This document shows positions 1-9,400 of a DNA stretch of 20,000 nt, one piece after another. Below the pieces are notes generated by a model. The model was not told the origin of the DNA and made no database searches. It saw only the letters and a program-made list of their open reading frames with translations. The DNA comes from an uncultured virus (IMG/VR IMGVR_UViG_3300033463_000107) (lineage: Duplodnaviria; Heunggongvirae; Uroviricota; Caudoviricetes), in IMG/VR virus record IMGVR_UViG_3300033463_000107; one strand, given 5' to 3'. Numbering within the stretch: the stretch's first letter is position 1; each line of letters begins with the position of its first letter. The position numbers and the translations under genes were made by a program.

Positions 1-3000
1 GCTGCATTAGCAGCCGCACTTGTTGCACTTTCTGCAGCAGCTTTCGCAGAATTTGCAGCTTCAGATTCCTGTTCTTTCGGATCAATCTTAAACATGGATG
101 CAATCATGTCGTTCCATGCCTTTTGCACTTCTGGAGTTGCACTGCTAATTCCAATCGTGTCAGCAAGTTGATCAATAACAGCCTTATCAATTACATCGCC
201 GTAATTCAAGAATCCAAGGTCAATCGCATTATTTATTGTATGCGCATTCTGCCCGTAAGCGTTTGAAATCAATTTCTGCAACCACATTCTTACGGTTCCC
301 TGTGCATCAGAAACTTCAGAACCATTGTCCGCAAACAATTGTTTATAAATCTGTTTACGATAATCAAGTCCTGTTTGCTTAATCTGTTCCAGATTGCCTA
401 TGCTTTCCTTATTGATAACTCCAGTTTTAATAATAGAAGCAAGATATTCGCCAATCTTACCTTGTTCATCCACATCAACAAATGTTGCATTCACAGCATC
501 CTCAACGTCTTGTTTAAGATTTGCAAGATAAGCCTTGTAGTCTTCCATTGCTTTATCTGCTTGCTCTTTGTAGTGCTTATATGTTTCATTTGTGACGTCT
601 CCGCCAGATTCTTTTAATGCATATTCAGCAAGTTCAGCAAATGCATAATGCTGTGCGAGAAGACCTTCTGCGGATTCTTCCCGTGCCTTTGTAAGCGTTG
701 CTACAAGTTCTTCTTTCTGCTGGTTAAATGTTTCAAACAACGAGTCGAGGCTTGCCTGTGACAGATCGGTAAGTTGCATATTAATAATGTTCATTGCCTT
801 TGCTTTTGCTTGACCATTTGCCACAGCAGTTGCCACCTGAATAAGCATATTGGATATCTTTTCAACACTATCCAATGCCTGCTGCCTTGTTTTTTCATCA
901 AGTTCTTTATTATATGCATCACTATATGCCTGTACTAATTCAGCACCTTTGTCTGACATTATCTGCTTTAAATCGTCCCATCTTTCACTGGAAGATTTTG
1001 CAATATCATCACCAATATTTTCTCCTTCTTTATTTGTTGCAGGAACAAGGGAAACAGCAACTTCAAGGCTCTTCTGTTCTGCGTCTGCAGTCTCGTTGAA
1101 AGTGGAAATCAGCGAGTTTACATCTTCTTTAATCGTATCAATAGAATCTTCTTTAATACCAAGGCGTACGGAATAGAATGTACCCATGGTCTGTTCAATC
1201 TGCTTTTCAAGGTTTTTCTTGCTGACTTCTACATCCGAAAGCGTTGCATCAATAAGACCGATTGTGATCTGCGGCGGATCCTTTATCAGTTTGGAATTTA
1301 CATACGCTTCTATTTCTTCCTTTGTTGCTTCATATCCGCCCCATTCAACAAGGGAAGCCTGTTCGGATATAATTGCTTCAATGGCGAACAATGCCGCAAT
1401 GGTAATAGCTGCACCGGTCGGACCAACAATCATCGCTGCATATCCTCCGGCAAGCGCACCGGCTTGTAACGCAAGACCAGCTCCAACAATGCCACCAGCA
1501 ATAAGGTTTTTGGTTATCACGGATTTTGTGATTCCGCTTCCGTCTACCGTTTCGTTAATGGCATTAATTCCAACAGATACGCCAAGGGTTACAATCGGCA
1601 GACCGGCAAAGAGCATCCCCATTCCAATAGCAGCTGCCGTGCTTCCGTACATTGCACCAACCGTTCCGCCTGCTATTCCAAGCGCCGCAATGCTCAATAT
1701 TTTCGCACCAATCGTTTCAGGCGCAATGTCATCAGCAGTAACAGCAGCGTCCGCCTTCAGCGAAATAGCAACACCAAATGTTGCAAGAGATACAACTGCA
1801 CCCTCTACAAGTGATGCCCCCACCGTGCCGCCTACAAGATGCGCCATGTATGCGCCTGCGACACCTCCTTCAATAGCGGCAACAACAGCGGATACAAGCG
1901 ATCTTTCCGAAAGTGCGCTAACATCTGTATGTTCAATGTTCGCAATAATCGTAGCACCTGCGCTGATAAAAAATGTGAGCGGAATTCCAAGTGTTGCTGC
2001 ACCTGCGGAAAGAACCTGACCAAGAATTCGACTTGTAATAAATCCGCCAAGGCTTGTTTCAAGAATATCTGCAATCATCCATCCTATATCTCCGGTTTCA
2101 AGATAATTGCTTGTAAACATTTTTGAAAGTTTGAATACGATATCAATTGTTGCTACACCGCCAACAATCGCACCAAGTATTCCAATCGTTCCGGCAAATG
2201 CAGCAGCAACGCGCCAACCAAGTATGACAGCACCAATTTCTTTTACAAGATTCCAAACACTTCCAAATTCTTTTTTGATACCTTCTACAAGTTTCTTTAT
2301 TTTTTCATCGAAATCAGTAAGTTCTTCAAACATACTGGCATAATCAGGCGTACTTTTTTTGCTTCCGCCACCGCCGCCACCACCAGATTCGCTCTGAATA
2401 ATGTTCAGTTCGTCCCAGTCGGCAAGCAAATCTTTTACAGCCTTTGAAGCGCCGCCAGCCGAATTTGCCACATTGTCAAGAGATTCTGAAGAAGCATCAA
2501 TCGCATGTGTCCACTGCGTCTTTCCGCTTAAAAGTGCAAACAACTGATTAATCCAGTTAACCGCCGTAATCACCCAACTTACAATTGTTTGGAGAATCGG
2601 TATCAATGCTTCAAGCAACGGTGTCAACGCCGCACCTATGGAGTTTTGCATTTTAAACAATGCGTCCGAAGCAGACTGCATTGCGGGTGCAAAACTCGTT
2701 CCGACCGCCTTGCTGTATTCACGGACGTTATTTACGCCTTCTTTAAGACCTTTCCAAATGCTGCGAAGGGCAGCTGTGATAACACGCCTTAACAAAATTG
2801 ATTTAAGCCTGCTCCACAAAGCCCCCAGCGCCGGAACAAGATTACTCATTCCTTCTTTTAATCTGTCAAATGCAGAACAGGCATCGTCCGCATCTTCTTT
2901 CTTTTTCTTCAGTTCATCGTCAACGTCTTTTAAGTTATCATTAAGACCTTCGGATTCTGCCTTTGCTTCGTCCATTGCGGACTGCAATGTCTGCATCGCA

Positions 3001-4121
3001 GGAGCGGCAGTTTCTGCACCTTCCGCAATGCCGGTCATGCTCTGAACACTTTGACGGTCAAATATGGAAACGTCCAATCCATAAATATCTGCAATGGCTT
3101 GTTTAATTCTTGGTGAAGAGTCCCTAAATGTATTGACGATCTGTTCTATCTTTGCCTGAAGTCTATCAGCAGCAGCATCCATTCTATTTGCCGCATCAGT
3201 TCCATTATCAAACAGATTTGTATTTGCACCATTCTGTAATGTGCTTTGGATATTTACAACCTTTCTTCTCGCTTCTTCCAACGTAATTCCCATACGTTGC
3301 GCAGCTTCTTCCAATGAAGAGTATACATTTTCACTTGGAATCCCATATACCATGTGAAGCGTACTTTGCAGTTTTTCCTTTACTTCTTCAACCGTAATTC
3401 CAAGACGTTCTGCCGCTTCTTCAATGCTGGAAAAAATTTGAACATTGCCATTATCACCTGCAAGGTTTTCCTTTGCTTCGCTTACGCCCTGTAATTTGCC
3501 GATTACTTCATCATATTTTTTCGCTATATCTTCCGGCATCATGCTCTTCACAATTTCAAACGAATCCTTGACAGCATCACCATATTTATACATTTCTTGT
3601 GACGCTGAATCCATTTTCATTCCGAGTGCTTCAATCGGAAGTTTTGACGGATCAAACTGTGCAGCCCAATTTGTATTGTGAACTATATTATCAAGCTCCT
3701 GCATGGTCATCCCCATGTCATGCAGATCGCCATTTACTTCCTGAATTCTTTCGTCTGCCTGTGCAAAGCCGTTTCCCATCCCATCCTTCGGAACGCGCTG
3801 AATCCCCTGCAATGCCCTGTCAACCGATTCAACTGCTTTTGCAAGTTGGTTTGAATTTCGCAGATTAATGCTTATGTCGCCCAAACCCTGAAGTTTGCTT
3901 AAAGACTCTGCCAACATACGCAGTTTCATCAACGTAGTGCCATTAACATCTTCGTTGATGGTTTTTACAAGTCTTCTTATCTGCGAAGCAACATTATTAA
4001 GCTGCGCGCCCTGAACGGCCTCCTTAACACGCGAAAGCGCGTCAGTAAGTCGGTTAAGACCACTTTCAGCCTCCGAAGTGTCGCTTGTAATTTTTAAATT
4101 CAGAATGCCTACTTCTGCCAT
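1..4121 (-). CDS. Tail tape measure protein (3' end runs off the window, >1373 aa)
   Basis: Manual translation from ATG at 4121 (SD GAGGAGG upstream): MAEVGILNLKITSDTSEAESGLNRLTDALSRVKEAV... The frame stays open to the left edge. It contains helical and Ala/Gly-rich hydrophobic stretches and the TMP-typical motif LLADWDELNIIQSESGGGGGGS, and lies directly after the tail chaperones. Confidence 0.92.
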   Translation of the reverse strand, partial: MAEVGILNLKITSDTSEAESGLNRLTDALSRVKEAVQGAQLNNVASQIRRLVKTINEDVNGTTLMKLRMLAESLSKLQGLGDISINLRNSNQLAKAVESVDRALQGIQRVPKDGMGNGFAQADERIQEVNGDLHDMGMTMQELDNIVHNTNWAAQFDPSKLPIEALGMKMDSASQEMYKYGDAVKDSFEIVKSMMPEDIAKKYDEVIGKLQGVSEAKENLAGDNGNVQIFSSIEEAAERLGITVEEVKEKLQSTLHMVYGIPSENVYSSLEEAAQRMGITLEEARRKVVNIQSTLQNGANTNLFDNGTDAANRMDAAADRLQAKIEQIVNTFRDSSPRIKQAIADIYGLDVSIFDRQSVQSMTGIAEGAETAAPAMQTLQSAMDEAKAESEGLNDNLKDVDDELKKKKEDADDACSAFDRLKEGMSNLVPALGALWSRLKSILLRRVITAALRSIWKGLKEGVNNVREYSKAVGTSFAPAMQSASDALFKMQNSIGAALTPLLEALIPILQTIVSWVITAVNWINQLFALLSGKTQWTHAIDASSESLDNVANSAGGASKAVKDLLADWDELNIIQSESGGGGGGGSKKSTPDYASMFEELTDFDEKIKKLVEGIKKEFGSVWNLVKEIGAVILGWRVAAAFAGTIGILGAIVGGVATIDIVFKLSKMFTSNYLETGDIGWMIADILETSLGGFITSRILGQVLSAGAATLGIPLTFFISAGATIIANIEHTDVSALSERSLVSAVVAAIEGGVAGAYMAHLVGGTVGASLVEGAVVSLATFGVAISLKADAAVTADDIAPETIGAKILSIAALGIAGGTVGAMYGSTAAAIGMGMLFAGLPIVTLGVSVGINAINETVDGSGITKSVITKNLIAGGIVGAGLALQAGALAGGYAAMIVGPTGAAITIAALFAIEAIISEQASLVEWGGYEATKEEIEAYVNSKLIKDPPQITIGLIDATLSDVEVSKKNLEKQIEQTMGTFYSVRLGIKEDSIDTIKEDVNSLISTFNETADAEQKSLEVAVSLVPATNKEGENIGDDIAKSSSERWDDLKQIMSDKGAELVQAYSDAYNKELDEKTRQQALDSVEKISNMLIQVATAVANGQAKAKAMNIINMQLTDLSQASLDSLFETFNQQKEELVATLTKAREESAEGLLAQHYAFAELAEYALKESGGDVTNETYKHYKEQADKAMEDYKAYLANLKQDVEDAVNATFVDVDEQGKIGEYLASIIKTGVINKESIGNLEQIKQTGLDYRKQIYKQLFADNGSEVSDAQGTVRMWLQKLISNAYGQNAHTINNAIDLGFLNYGDVIDKAVIDQLADTIGISSATPEVQKAWNDMIASMFKIDPKEQESEAANSAKAAAESATSAAANA

Positions 4122-4154
4122 GGTCTTGTCCTCCTCGCTGACGCGCCCGTATTC

Positions 4155-4643
4155 TTACTGCCCAGTCCCCCCCGCCTTTTCTTTTTCCTTTTCCAGCCGT
4201 TTCATGATGTTCTTGTTGAACTTCGTTGTAAACTGCTGGAAAAGTGCCATGGCGAGTTTCTGCTGGTCTTCCTGTTTCTGCCTGCGAACTTCTTCCTGCT
4301 TCCGTTCTTCTGCTTCGATCATGAATGGCTTATCCGGATAGTTTGGAAGATTGGTTCCTCGCTTTACGTTCAATCCGGCAACAAGCAACGGGACCGCCTG
4401 CAATGCTCTGATCAGGTAATTACCCATTTGCCAGTTATGCATGTCTGCAACGCGTTCCTCGTTTTCAATGCGCATCCTGTACGCTTTCCGATACGCTGGT
4501 TTCAGCCAGCTTTCGCCGTCCCAGTATTGCTCTGGCGTCATTCCCATGACCAAATAATGCGGAAAAAGTTCGTCAAATATATCTCCATACGAACGGGATG
4601 ACGTCTGCGTGGATTTTTGATCCTCCGTCAGATCGTCTCCCAT
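4155..4643 (-). CDS. Tail assembly chaperone, second ORF (gpT-like; possibly expressed by frameshift)
   Basis: Lies between the first chaperone and the TMP. Has a GMTPEQYWDG motif typical of such ORFs and overlaps the upstream ORF in the -1 frame. Confidence 0.7.
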   Translation of the reverse strand: MGDDLTEDQKSTQTSSRSYGDIFDELFPHYLVMGMTPEQYWDGESWLKPAYRKAYRMRIENEERVADMHNWQMGNYLIRALQAVPLLVAGLNVKRGTNLPNYPDKPFMIEAEERKQEEVRRQKQEDQQKLAMALFQQFTTKFNKNIMKRLEKEKEKAGGTGQ

Positions 4644-5029
4644 GTAGGGTTGCCGTCGTCTTCTTCAGCGGCATCCTCTGCCATCATGTCCTCAAGCGGT
4701 TTCATATACAGCTTGGTGAGGATGCCAAGCAGTTCGTCCTTGCCTTTCTGGAACTTCCAGATATCTTTGGCCCGTTCAGGGGTAATGCCCTTGTGGTGCA
4801 TCTGAAACGCTCCCAGGAACAGATCGTCGATCATCGTCACGGGGTAGTCTGTATCAATCTTGAACCCCCGACGCTCCATGTTTTTCACAACACGCGCGTT
4901 GAACTCCAGTTCGTAGCGGTTGCCTTCCTTGTCTTTGATAACCAGTTTTGTGAATTCCTTGTTTTCCGCAGCCATCGGCTTGCCTTCCTTTCTCGCCTGA
5001 TTCACAGGCACAATCTTTTTATTTGGCAT
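4628..5029 (-). CDS. Tail assembly chaperone (gpG-like)
   Basis: Follows the tail tube gene. SD AAAGGAG upstream. Contains a YELEFNARVVKNMERRGF motif and an acidic C-terminus ending GNPTWETI. Confidence 0.75.
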   Translation of the reverse strand: MPNKKIVPVNQARKEGKPMAAENKEFTKLVIKDKEGNRYELEFNARVVKNMERRGFKIDTDYPVTMIDDLFLGAFQMHHKGITPERAKDIWKFQKGKDELLGILTKLYMKPLEDMMAEDAAEEDDGNPTWETI

Positions 5030-5057
5030 GTTTGTTTCTCCTTTGCAGGAATATCAA

Positions 5058-5082
5058 GGGGGAGAGGAGAATCCCCTCCCCC
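5058..5082 (-). terminator. GC-rich hairpin after the tail tube gene (weak terminator or mRNA-stabilising stem)
   Basis: Minus strand GGGGGAGGGGA-TTC-TCCTCTCCCCC, followed by only TTG. Confidence 0.5.
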
Positions 5083-5091
5083 GTTGATTCA

Positions 5092-5541
5092 TCAGGACGG
5101 ACTCTGAGCAAACACAACAACCGTACTCGGGGTGCAGTTGATAGTCATGCCAACCGCTTCGTTGACGCCGCCACCGGAAACACCGGCAGAAATTTCACCG
5201 GTCCAGGTGAAGGTGCCGTTGTGTCCGTCAGGAACTTCGCTACCGGCCGTGCCGGTAGCACCGAACCATACGGCATACTCGTACTGGTGACCCTCCAGAT
5301 TAACAATCGTGGAGTAGTTGTCCGGCGTGTAATTGGCGCCGAAACTAAACTCACTCGTGTCACCTACGCCCTGGATGTAAACCCTCATGTAGTCGGACAG
5401 TGAAGTAATGTCGATACGATCCTTCGGGGGAATCAGGTCCGGGAAGGACGTAATGTCGATCAGCTTCGCAAAACTGTTCGTCGAGGACGAGCGGTACATC
5501 AGGTAGGTTTGATAAGTGGAAATACCTTTCAGATCCGGCAT
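5092..5541 (-). CDS. Major tail (tube) protein
   Basis: 149 aa with IDITSFPDL..RIDITSLSD..YIQGVGD and FTWTGEIS..GGGVNEAVGMTINCTPST, the pattern of siphovirus tube proteins. Strong SD GAAAGGAG. Canonical position. Confidence 0.85.
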   Translation of the reverse strand: MPDLKGISTYQTYLMYRSSSTNSFAKLIDITSFPDLIPPKDRIDITSLSDYMRVYIQGVGDTSEFSFGANYTPDNYSTIVNLEGHQYEYAVWFGATGTAGSEVPDGHNGTFTWTGEISAGVSGGGVNEAVGMTINCTPSTVVVFAQSPS

Positions 5542-5573
5542 GTTCTTAATCTCCTTTCACAAAAAATCGGTTC

Positions 5574-5621
5574 AAAAAACGCATGAAAGCGTGGATATGA
5601 TCCAAACTCGCAATCATGCGT
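5574..5621 (-). terminator. Intrinsic terminator-like hairpin upstream of the tail tube gene
   Basis: Minus strand ACGCATGA..GCG..TGGAT-cat-ATCCA-CGC..TCATGCGT followed by TTTTT. Confidence 0.6.
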
Positions 5622-5644
5622 CTATGCAGATATTTAGTTACTTC

Positions 5645-6037
5645 TTATCTGCGGTACAATTGACCGTCCGTGTCTACAACCGCTTCATACCTTGCAACGT
5701 ATCGGACGATCTCCGGATCCTGCGGGTACGTTACGTACTGTCCGCTGATCCTGTTGAAGTTCAACGAGATCATCTTTTCGTCAATGGCTTTGAAGATTGC
5801 ACGGCACTTGTCCTTTGTTTTTGCCACCACGTCCAGCTGATACGTAATCAGCGAGAAGTTTTCGACCGGCGTGGAACTTTGCAAGCCTGTCACAGTCCGG
5901 TTGTCCATTTCATACAGGGACGCCGCTGGAAGGTTGGTGTAGTCCAGAATCGGTGTGCTGACAAATCTTTTCTTTGCGCACAGCGGAGATGCAATCGGGT
6001 GAACTTCATTGAAGATTTTCACTTCATAATCGTTCAT
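5645..6037 (-). CDS. Tail terminator / tail completion protein
   Basis: 130 aa immediately before the tube gene. Contains ITYQLDVVAK..IDEKMISLNFNR..RYVARYEAVV, typical of this protein class. Confidence 0.7.
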   Translation of the reverse strand: MNDYEVKIFNEVHPIASPLCAKKRFVSTPILDYTNLPAASLYEMDNRTVTGLQSSTPVENFSLITYQLDVVAKTKDKCRAIFKAIDEKMISLNFNRISGQYVTYPQDPEIVRYVARYEAVVDTDGQLYRR

Positions 6038-6053
6038 CTGCTTTCACCTCCTG

Positions 6054-6563
6054 TTACTTTCCGAAAGTACTTTCAGCAATCTGTCCTACGTTTGCCTGAA
6101 GCCACCGAAGTGTTTCATACATGTATGGTCTTGCTACCATACCAGCCGTCCACCGGAACTGGTTTACCCTGTCTGTTGCAAGGTAATATACCCATCCTGC
6201 AGGTCCGTGATTGTTGTAATCGTGTACGTATCCTTCCGGAAGCGGTTCAACGTTTGTTCCGTCCCCTACGAATCCAGTTCCGTATTCTACGAACAGTGCA
6301 TGTGGCGCATCCGTAAAGATCACGCCCATCTTTTCTTCAGGGAAGAACACGCCTTGGATGCTTTCTTCCAACTGTCCCGTATACACGGCGTTCATGCGCA
6401 TGACATTCATCTTCGCTACTGTAACGCCGTCTTCCAGAAGTTTCCTTACAAGGTCATCTGCCCAACGCTCTAACTGCCTGCTGAATCGGTTAATTTCACG
6501 GATCGCTCTGTTGATAGATGCAGGCGTAAGGTCGAATGTAATCGTCTGCAAGACTCTGCTCAT
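6054..6563 (-). CDS. HK97 gp10-like neck/tail completion protein
   Basis: Motifs VYTGQLEESI, HALFVEYGTG and GMVARPYM. Confidence 0.8.
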   Translation of the reverse strand: MSRVLQTITFDLTPASINRAIREINRFSRQLERWADDLVRKLLEDGVTVAKMNVMRMNAVYTGQLEESIQGVFFPEEKMGVIFTDAPHALFVEYGTGFVGDGTNVEPLPEGYVHDYNNHGPAGWVYYLATDRVNQFRWTAGMVARPYMYETLRWLQANVGQIAESTFGK

Positions 6564-6967
6564 TCGCCTTCACCTTCATCTTCAGGCTCTTCTTCATCTT
6601 CAGGCTCTTCCGGTCCTTCCGATTCGTCAATGTCCGTCATTCTGCGCAGTGCTACGCTTAATACGTTCAGGCTCGGTCTTACCGCCGTCACTTCATACTG
6701 GTGTCCCTTCCAGCAAATCTTCCCACGTTCTTCAATCTCTGCGTTCGGATCGTCCATAACAAGCGTGTGCGTGTAACGGATATCTTCTCCGTAAAACTGC
6801 TGCGTGGTATGACCGCTTGGCGAGGATATATTCCCCCTGTAAATCACGGGATCGCCGTAAACAGGTTTGAATATGCCAGTATGTTCGCCGTCGCCGTTCA
6901 GGTCTGTTTCCGTACCATTGGGTGGCAGATACTCAAATTCCGTCGTGTTCCGGTAAAGAAGTCTCAT
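6560..6967 (-). CDS. Head closure (stopper) protein with an acidic C-terminal tail
   Basis: Lies after the adaptor gene. Beta-rich, with a YEVTAVRPSLN motif. Ends in an EGPEEPEDEEEPEDEGEGE low-complexity tail. Confidence 0.65.
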   Translation of the reverse strand: MRLLYRNTTEFEYLPPNGTETDLNGDGEHTGIFKPVYGDPVIYRGNISSPSGHTTQQFYGEDIRYTHTLVMDDPNAEIEERGKICWKGHQYEVTAVRPSLNVLSVALRRMTDIDESEGPEEPEDEEEPEDEGEGE

Positions 6968-6979
6968 GCGATCACCGCC

Positions 6980-7306
6980 TTATCTGATCGCCTGTGCGAA
7001 GGGAATAATGTCACTCAGCATACTTTCCGGAATGTCCGCGTCGCCGTAATTGCGGTGGATTCCGTTTTCTATGTGCTGAATTTCGCCTTCGGCGCCACGC
7101 TTTCCAAGCATGTAGCAACTTATCTTCAGCTGAAGCATGACATACTTATCCGGCACGTCCATGCCGTCAAAGTTCTCCTTGTATGGATACATGCGGTTGA
7201 GTATCTTGTTACCGGCAAGTTCAAGGTAGACTTCCAGAACGCCACTGTCCTCATCGTCTCCGCCCATCATGGATCGAAGCATTGCGACTTTTTTTTCTGT
7301 GGTCAT
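6980..7306 (-). CDS. Head-tail connector/adaptor (gp6-like)
   Basis: 108 aa. The KRGAEGEIQHIENGIHRNY motif is characteristic of SPP1 gp15/HK97 gp6-like adaptors. Confidence 0.85.
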   Translation of the reverse strand: MTTEKKVAMLRSMMGGDDEDSGVLEVYLELAGNKILNRMYPYKENFDGMDVPDKYVMLQLKISCYMLGKRGAEGEIQHIENGIHRNYGDADIPESMLSDIIPFAQAIR

Positions 7307-7321
7307 TCTGTTCTTCCCCCT

Positions 7322-7528
7322 TTACTCGCTGATCTTTTTTCTCCGTGTCGTCGTCCGCTTCGGCTTCGGTTCTTCCTTTTCAGGCTCCTCGGCTTCCGGT
7401 GCTTCTTCCACGGGTTCTGGTTCAGCCTTCAGTTCTTCCTCTACGGGATTCACTTCCGGCTTTTCCTCGTATTCTTCACCGGCGGCAACCCACCGGCCGT
7501 TCACCTTGATGTTGTGTGTCGCAATCAT
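7322..7528 (-). CDS. Small acidic protein after the capsid gene (68 aa; MIATHNIKVNGRW...)
   Basis: ATG at 7528 preceded by GAAAGGGG. Short folded N-terminus, Glu/Pro-rich linker and basic tail. Confidence 0.65.
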   Translation of the reverse strand: MIATHNIKVNGRWVAAGEEYEEKPEVNPVEEELKAEPEPVEEAPEAEEPEKEEPKPKRTTTRRKKISE

Positions 7529-7555
7529 GGTGAAGCCCCTTTCAGTTGAAATCTG

Positions 7556-7587
7556 TCCGGTACACGTCAACGTCGGCGTGTACCGGA
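7556..7587 (-). other. Stem-loop after the major capsid gene
   Basis: Minus strand TCCGGTACACGcC-gacgtt-GaCGTGTACCGGA; no adjacent U-tract. Confidence 0.55.
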
Positions 7588-7595
7588 ATAAGTGC

Positions 7596-8663
7596 TTACT
7601 TAACCTTCAGCACGGCAACCTCGTCCATCCGTTCAAAGGACGGAAGCAGGATCTCGGAAGCGAAGGTGTTCACGTTCACGGGATTGATCGTGGTTTCCTG
7701 CGTAATCGCAATACCGGTTTCCACAATCTGCACCGGAGCAACGCCCTTGCCCATCAGGTCGGCTTCTTCGGGGGTGGTGCCGTAGCAGGTTTCACCCAGC
7801 GCGCCGTTCGGGATCAGTGCCACATAGCCGTCCGGAACGAACTTGTGGGCAACTTTGTTCTCGTCCTTGTACTGCTTGTCGTACAGGATGATGCCGTCCA
7901 GGTCGTTGGTGTCCTTCAGGATCTGGATGATCTCGCTGTCGGTCAGATAGCCGAACGCAGCACCGCTCTTGGTCAGATAGCGGTTCTTGATGTTGGTGTT
8001 GTTCCGCAGCAGCTGGAAGGTCGCCTTGTTCATGATCGCCAGACGCAGGTCGCTGCCGGTCGCGGCAGAGATGGCATCCTTGGCATCCTGAATGTCGCCG
8101 AACGGATCGGACGTAGTGGTATGATCCCACGCATCGTCGCCGGTCAGTTCAAAATAGTTGGAGGCTTTCCACGCGCCGTTCGGGTCATAGTTGTAGGTGT
8201 AGTCAACGCCGTTCGCCTTGATGACGATACCAACGTCGCCGTTCACCGGGAACAGCAGCTGCATCCTCTCGCGCTCACCGACGACCATGGCACCTTCGAT
8301 CAGGTTACGGGCATCATCGAACACATTGGCAATCGCAGCGTTCACGTAGGGGTCCTTGGCGCTCTGGGCGCGCAGGATGTCCTGACGGTCACGTTCCTTG
8401 ATTTTGAAACCCTCACGGAAGAAGGGCATTTCGGTTTCAACCTTTTCCACGCCGATCCTGTCGCGGAAGGTAGCTTTGGCGTCAAACGCAGAAGGCATCA
8501 GGGATACCGGGATGCCCTTGCTGCCCTTGATCCATTTCAGATCCAGTCCAGCCTGCTTACGGGCAGGGAACAGACCTTCACCCAGATAGGGAATCCGGTT
8601 GCTGGCGGCTTCAGTCCAGTTCGCACCAATCGCCGCAGGGCTAAACAGTCCATCAAACAGCAT
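7596..8663 (-). CDS. Major capsid protein (phage capsid E-like, HK97 fold)
   Basis: 355 aa with YLGEGLFPARK, EMPFFREG, ERERMQLL, GETCYGTTPEE and ILLPSFERMDEV motifs. SD GAAAGGAG. Confidence 0.92.
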   Translation of the reverse strand: MLFDGLFSPAAIGANWTEAASNRIPYLGEGLFPARKQAGLDLKWIKGSKGIPVSLMPSAFDAKATFRDRIGVEKVETEMPFFREGFKIKERDRQDILRAQSAKDPYVNAAIANVFDDARNLIEGAMVVGERERMQLLFPVNGDVGIVIKANGVDYTYNYDPNGAWKASNYFELTGDDAWDHTTTSDPFGDIQDAKDAISAATGSDLRLAIMNKATFQLLRNNTNIKNRYLTKSGAAFGYLTDSEIIQILKDTNDLDGIILYDKQYKDENKVAHKFVPDGYVALIPNGALGETCYGTTPEEADLMGKGVAPVQIVETGIAITQETTINPVNVNTFASEILLPSFERMDEVAVLKVK

Positions 8664-8741
8664 AGTTTTATCTCCTTTCGTTAATCATTTTTGCTGTGGT
8701 GTCCATTACGTTTCGTGGTAATGAACGGGACAATAAAAGGC

Positions 8742-9386
8742 TCAGTCGGGCCACTGCACATGCCGGAGCATATGTCCGCAGCCGACTCTTACGTCCGCAT
8801 AAATCTTGATTCCGGACGCTCTGCACAGGGAACAGAAGTACAGATCCTCGCTTAACATTCCCTTGTTGGCATTTCCGTAATTCACCCAGTCGTACCATGG
8901 GTACGAGGTTTTCCGGAACACCTCCGTGCGAATCAGCGCGCATCCCATACCGCCGCCGTGAACCTCGATCTTCGTGGTTCCGGCTTTCTTCATCCCGTGC
9001 AGTTCTTCCGCCGTGTACTCAGACTCCAGCGGAAAGTGGTAATACTCCTTGCCGTCCTTGTCGTACAGTTTGCAGATGCATGTCCGTCCGTGGTACAGAT
9101 TGTCGTTTCCGCGATGCGCGTAGTAGCCTACGCATACTTCCTTTGGATCTTCCAGCAGGCTCTGTAAGGCGTCCTTCGGAAGCACCACGTCGTTATCGAC
9201 CGTCAGCACGTAATCGGCATTCAGTTCCAGTGCCTTTTCGGCAATCCGGTTCCTTGCTGTCGCCACGTCGTATCCACGTACATACTCAAACGGCACGTCA
9301 TGTCCGCACTTGTCCATGTCCCAGATGCTTTTGTATGTATCCGGATAAATCGTTTCAAAGGTCGGCACGGCAATGAGTATTTTCAT
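8742..9386 (-). CDS. GT-A fold (family 2-like) glycosyltransferase
   Basis: MKILIAVPT start, VATARNRIA, DxD motif (TVDNDVV), GGGMGCALIRTEVF, SEDLYFC and GH motifs. SD GGAGGG. Confidence 0.85.
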   Translation of the reverse strand: MKILIAVPTFETIYPDTYKSIWDMDKCGHDVPFEYVRGYDVATARNRIAEKALELNADYVLTVDNDVVLPKDALQSLLEDPKEVCVGYYAHRGNDNLYHGRTCICKLYDKDGKEYYHFPLESEYTAEELHGMKKAGTTKIEVHGGGMGCALIRTEVFRKTSYPWYDWVNYGNANKGMLSEDLYFCSLCRASGIKIYADVRVGCGHMLRHVQWPD

Positions 9387-9400
9387 CGGTTACCCTCCGA

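Noticed and set aside
1..4121. Absence of a long ORF in the track, suggesting stop-codon recoding or a pseudogene
   Set aside because: The minus frame from 4121 reads open to the window edge in the standard code. It is most likely missing only because its stop lies outside the window. The other genes end normally at TAA, TGA or TAG.
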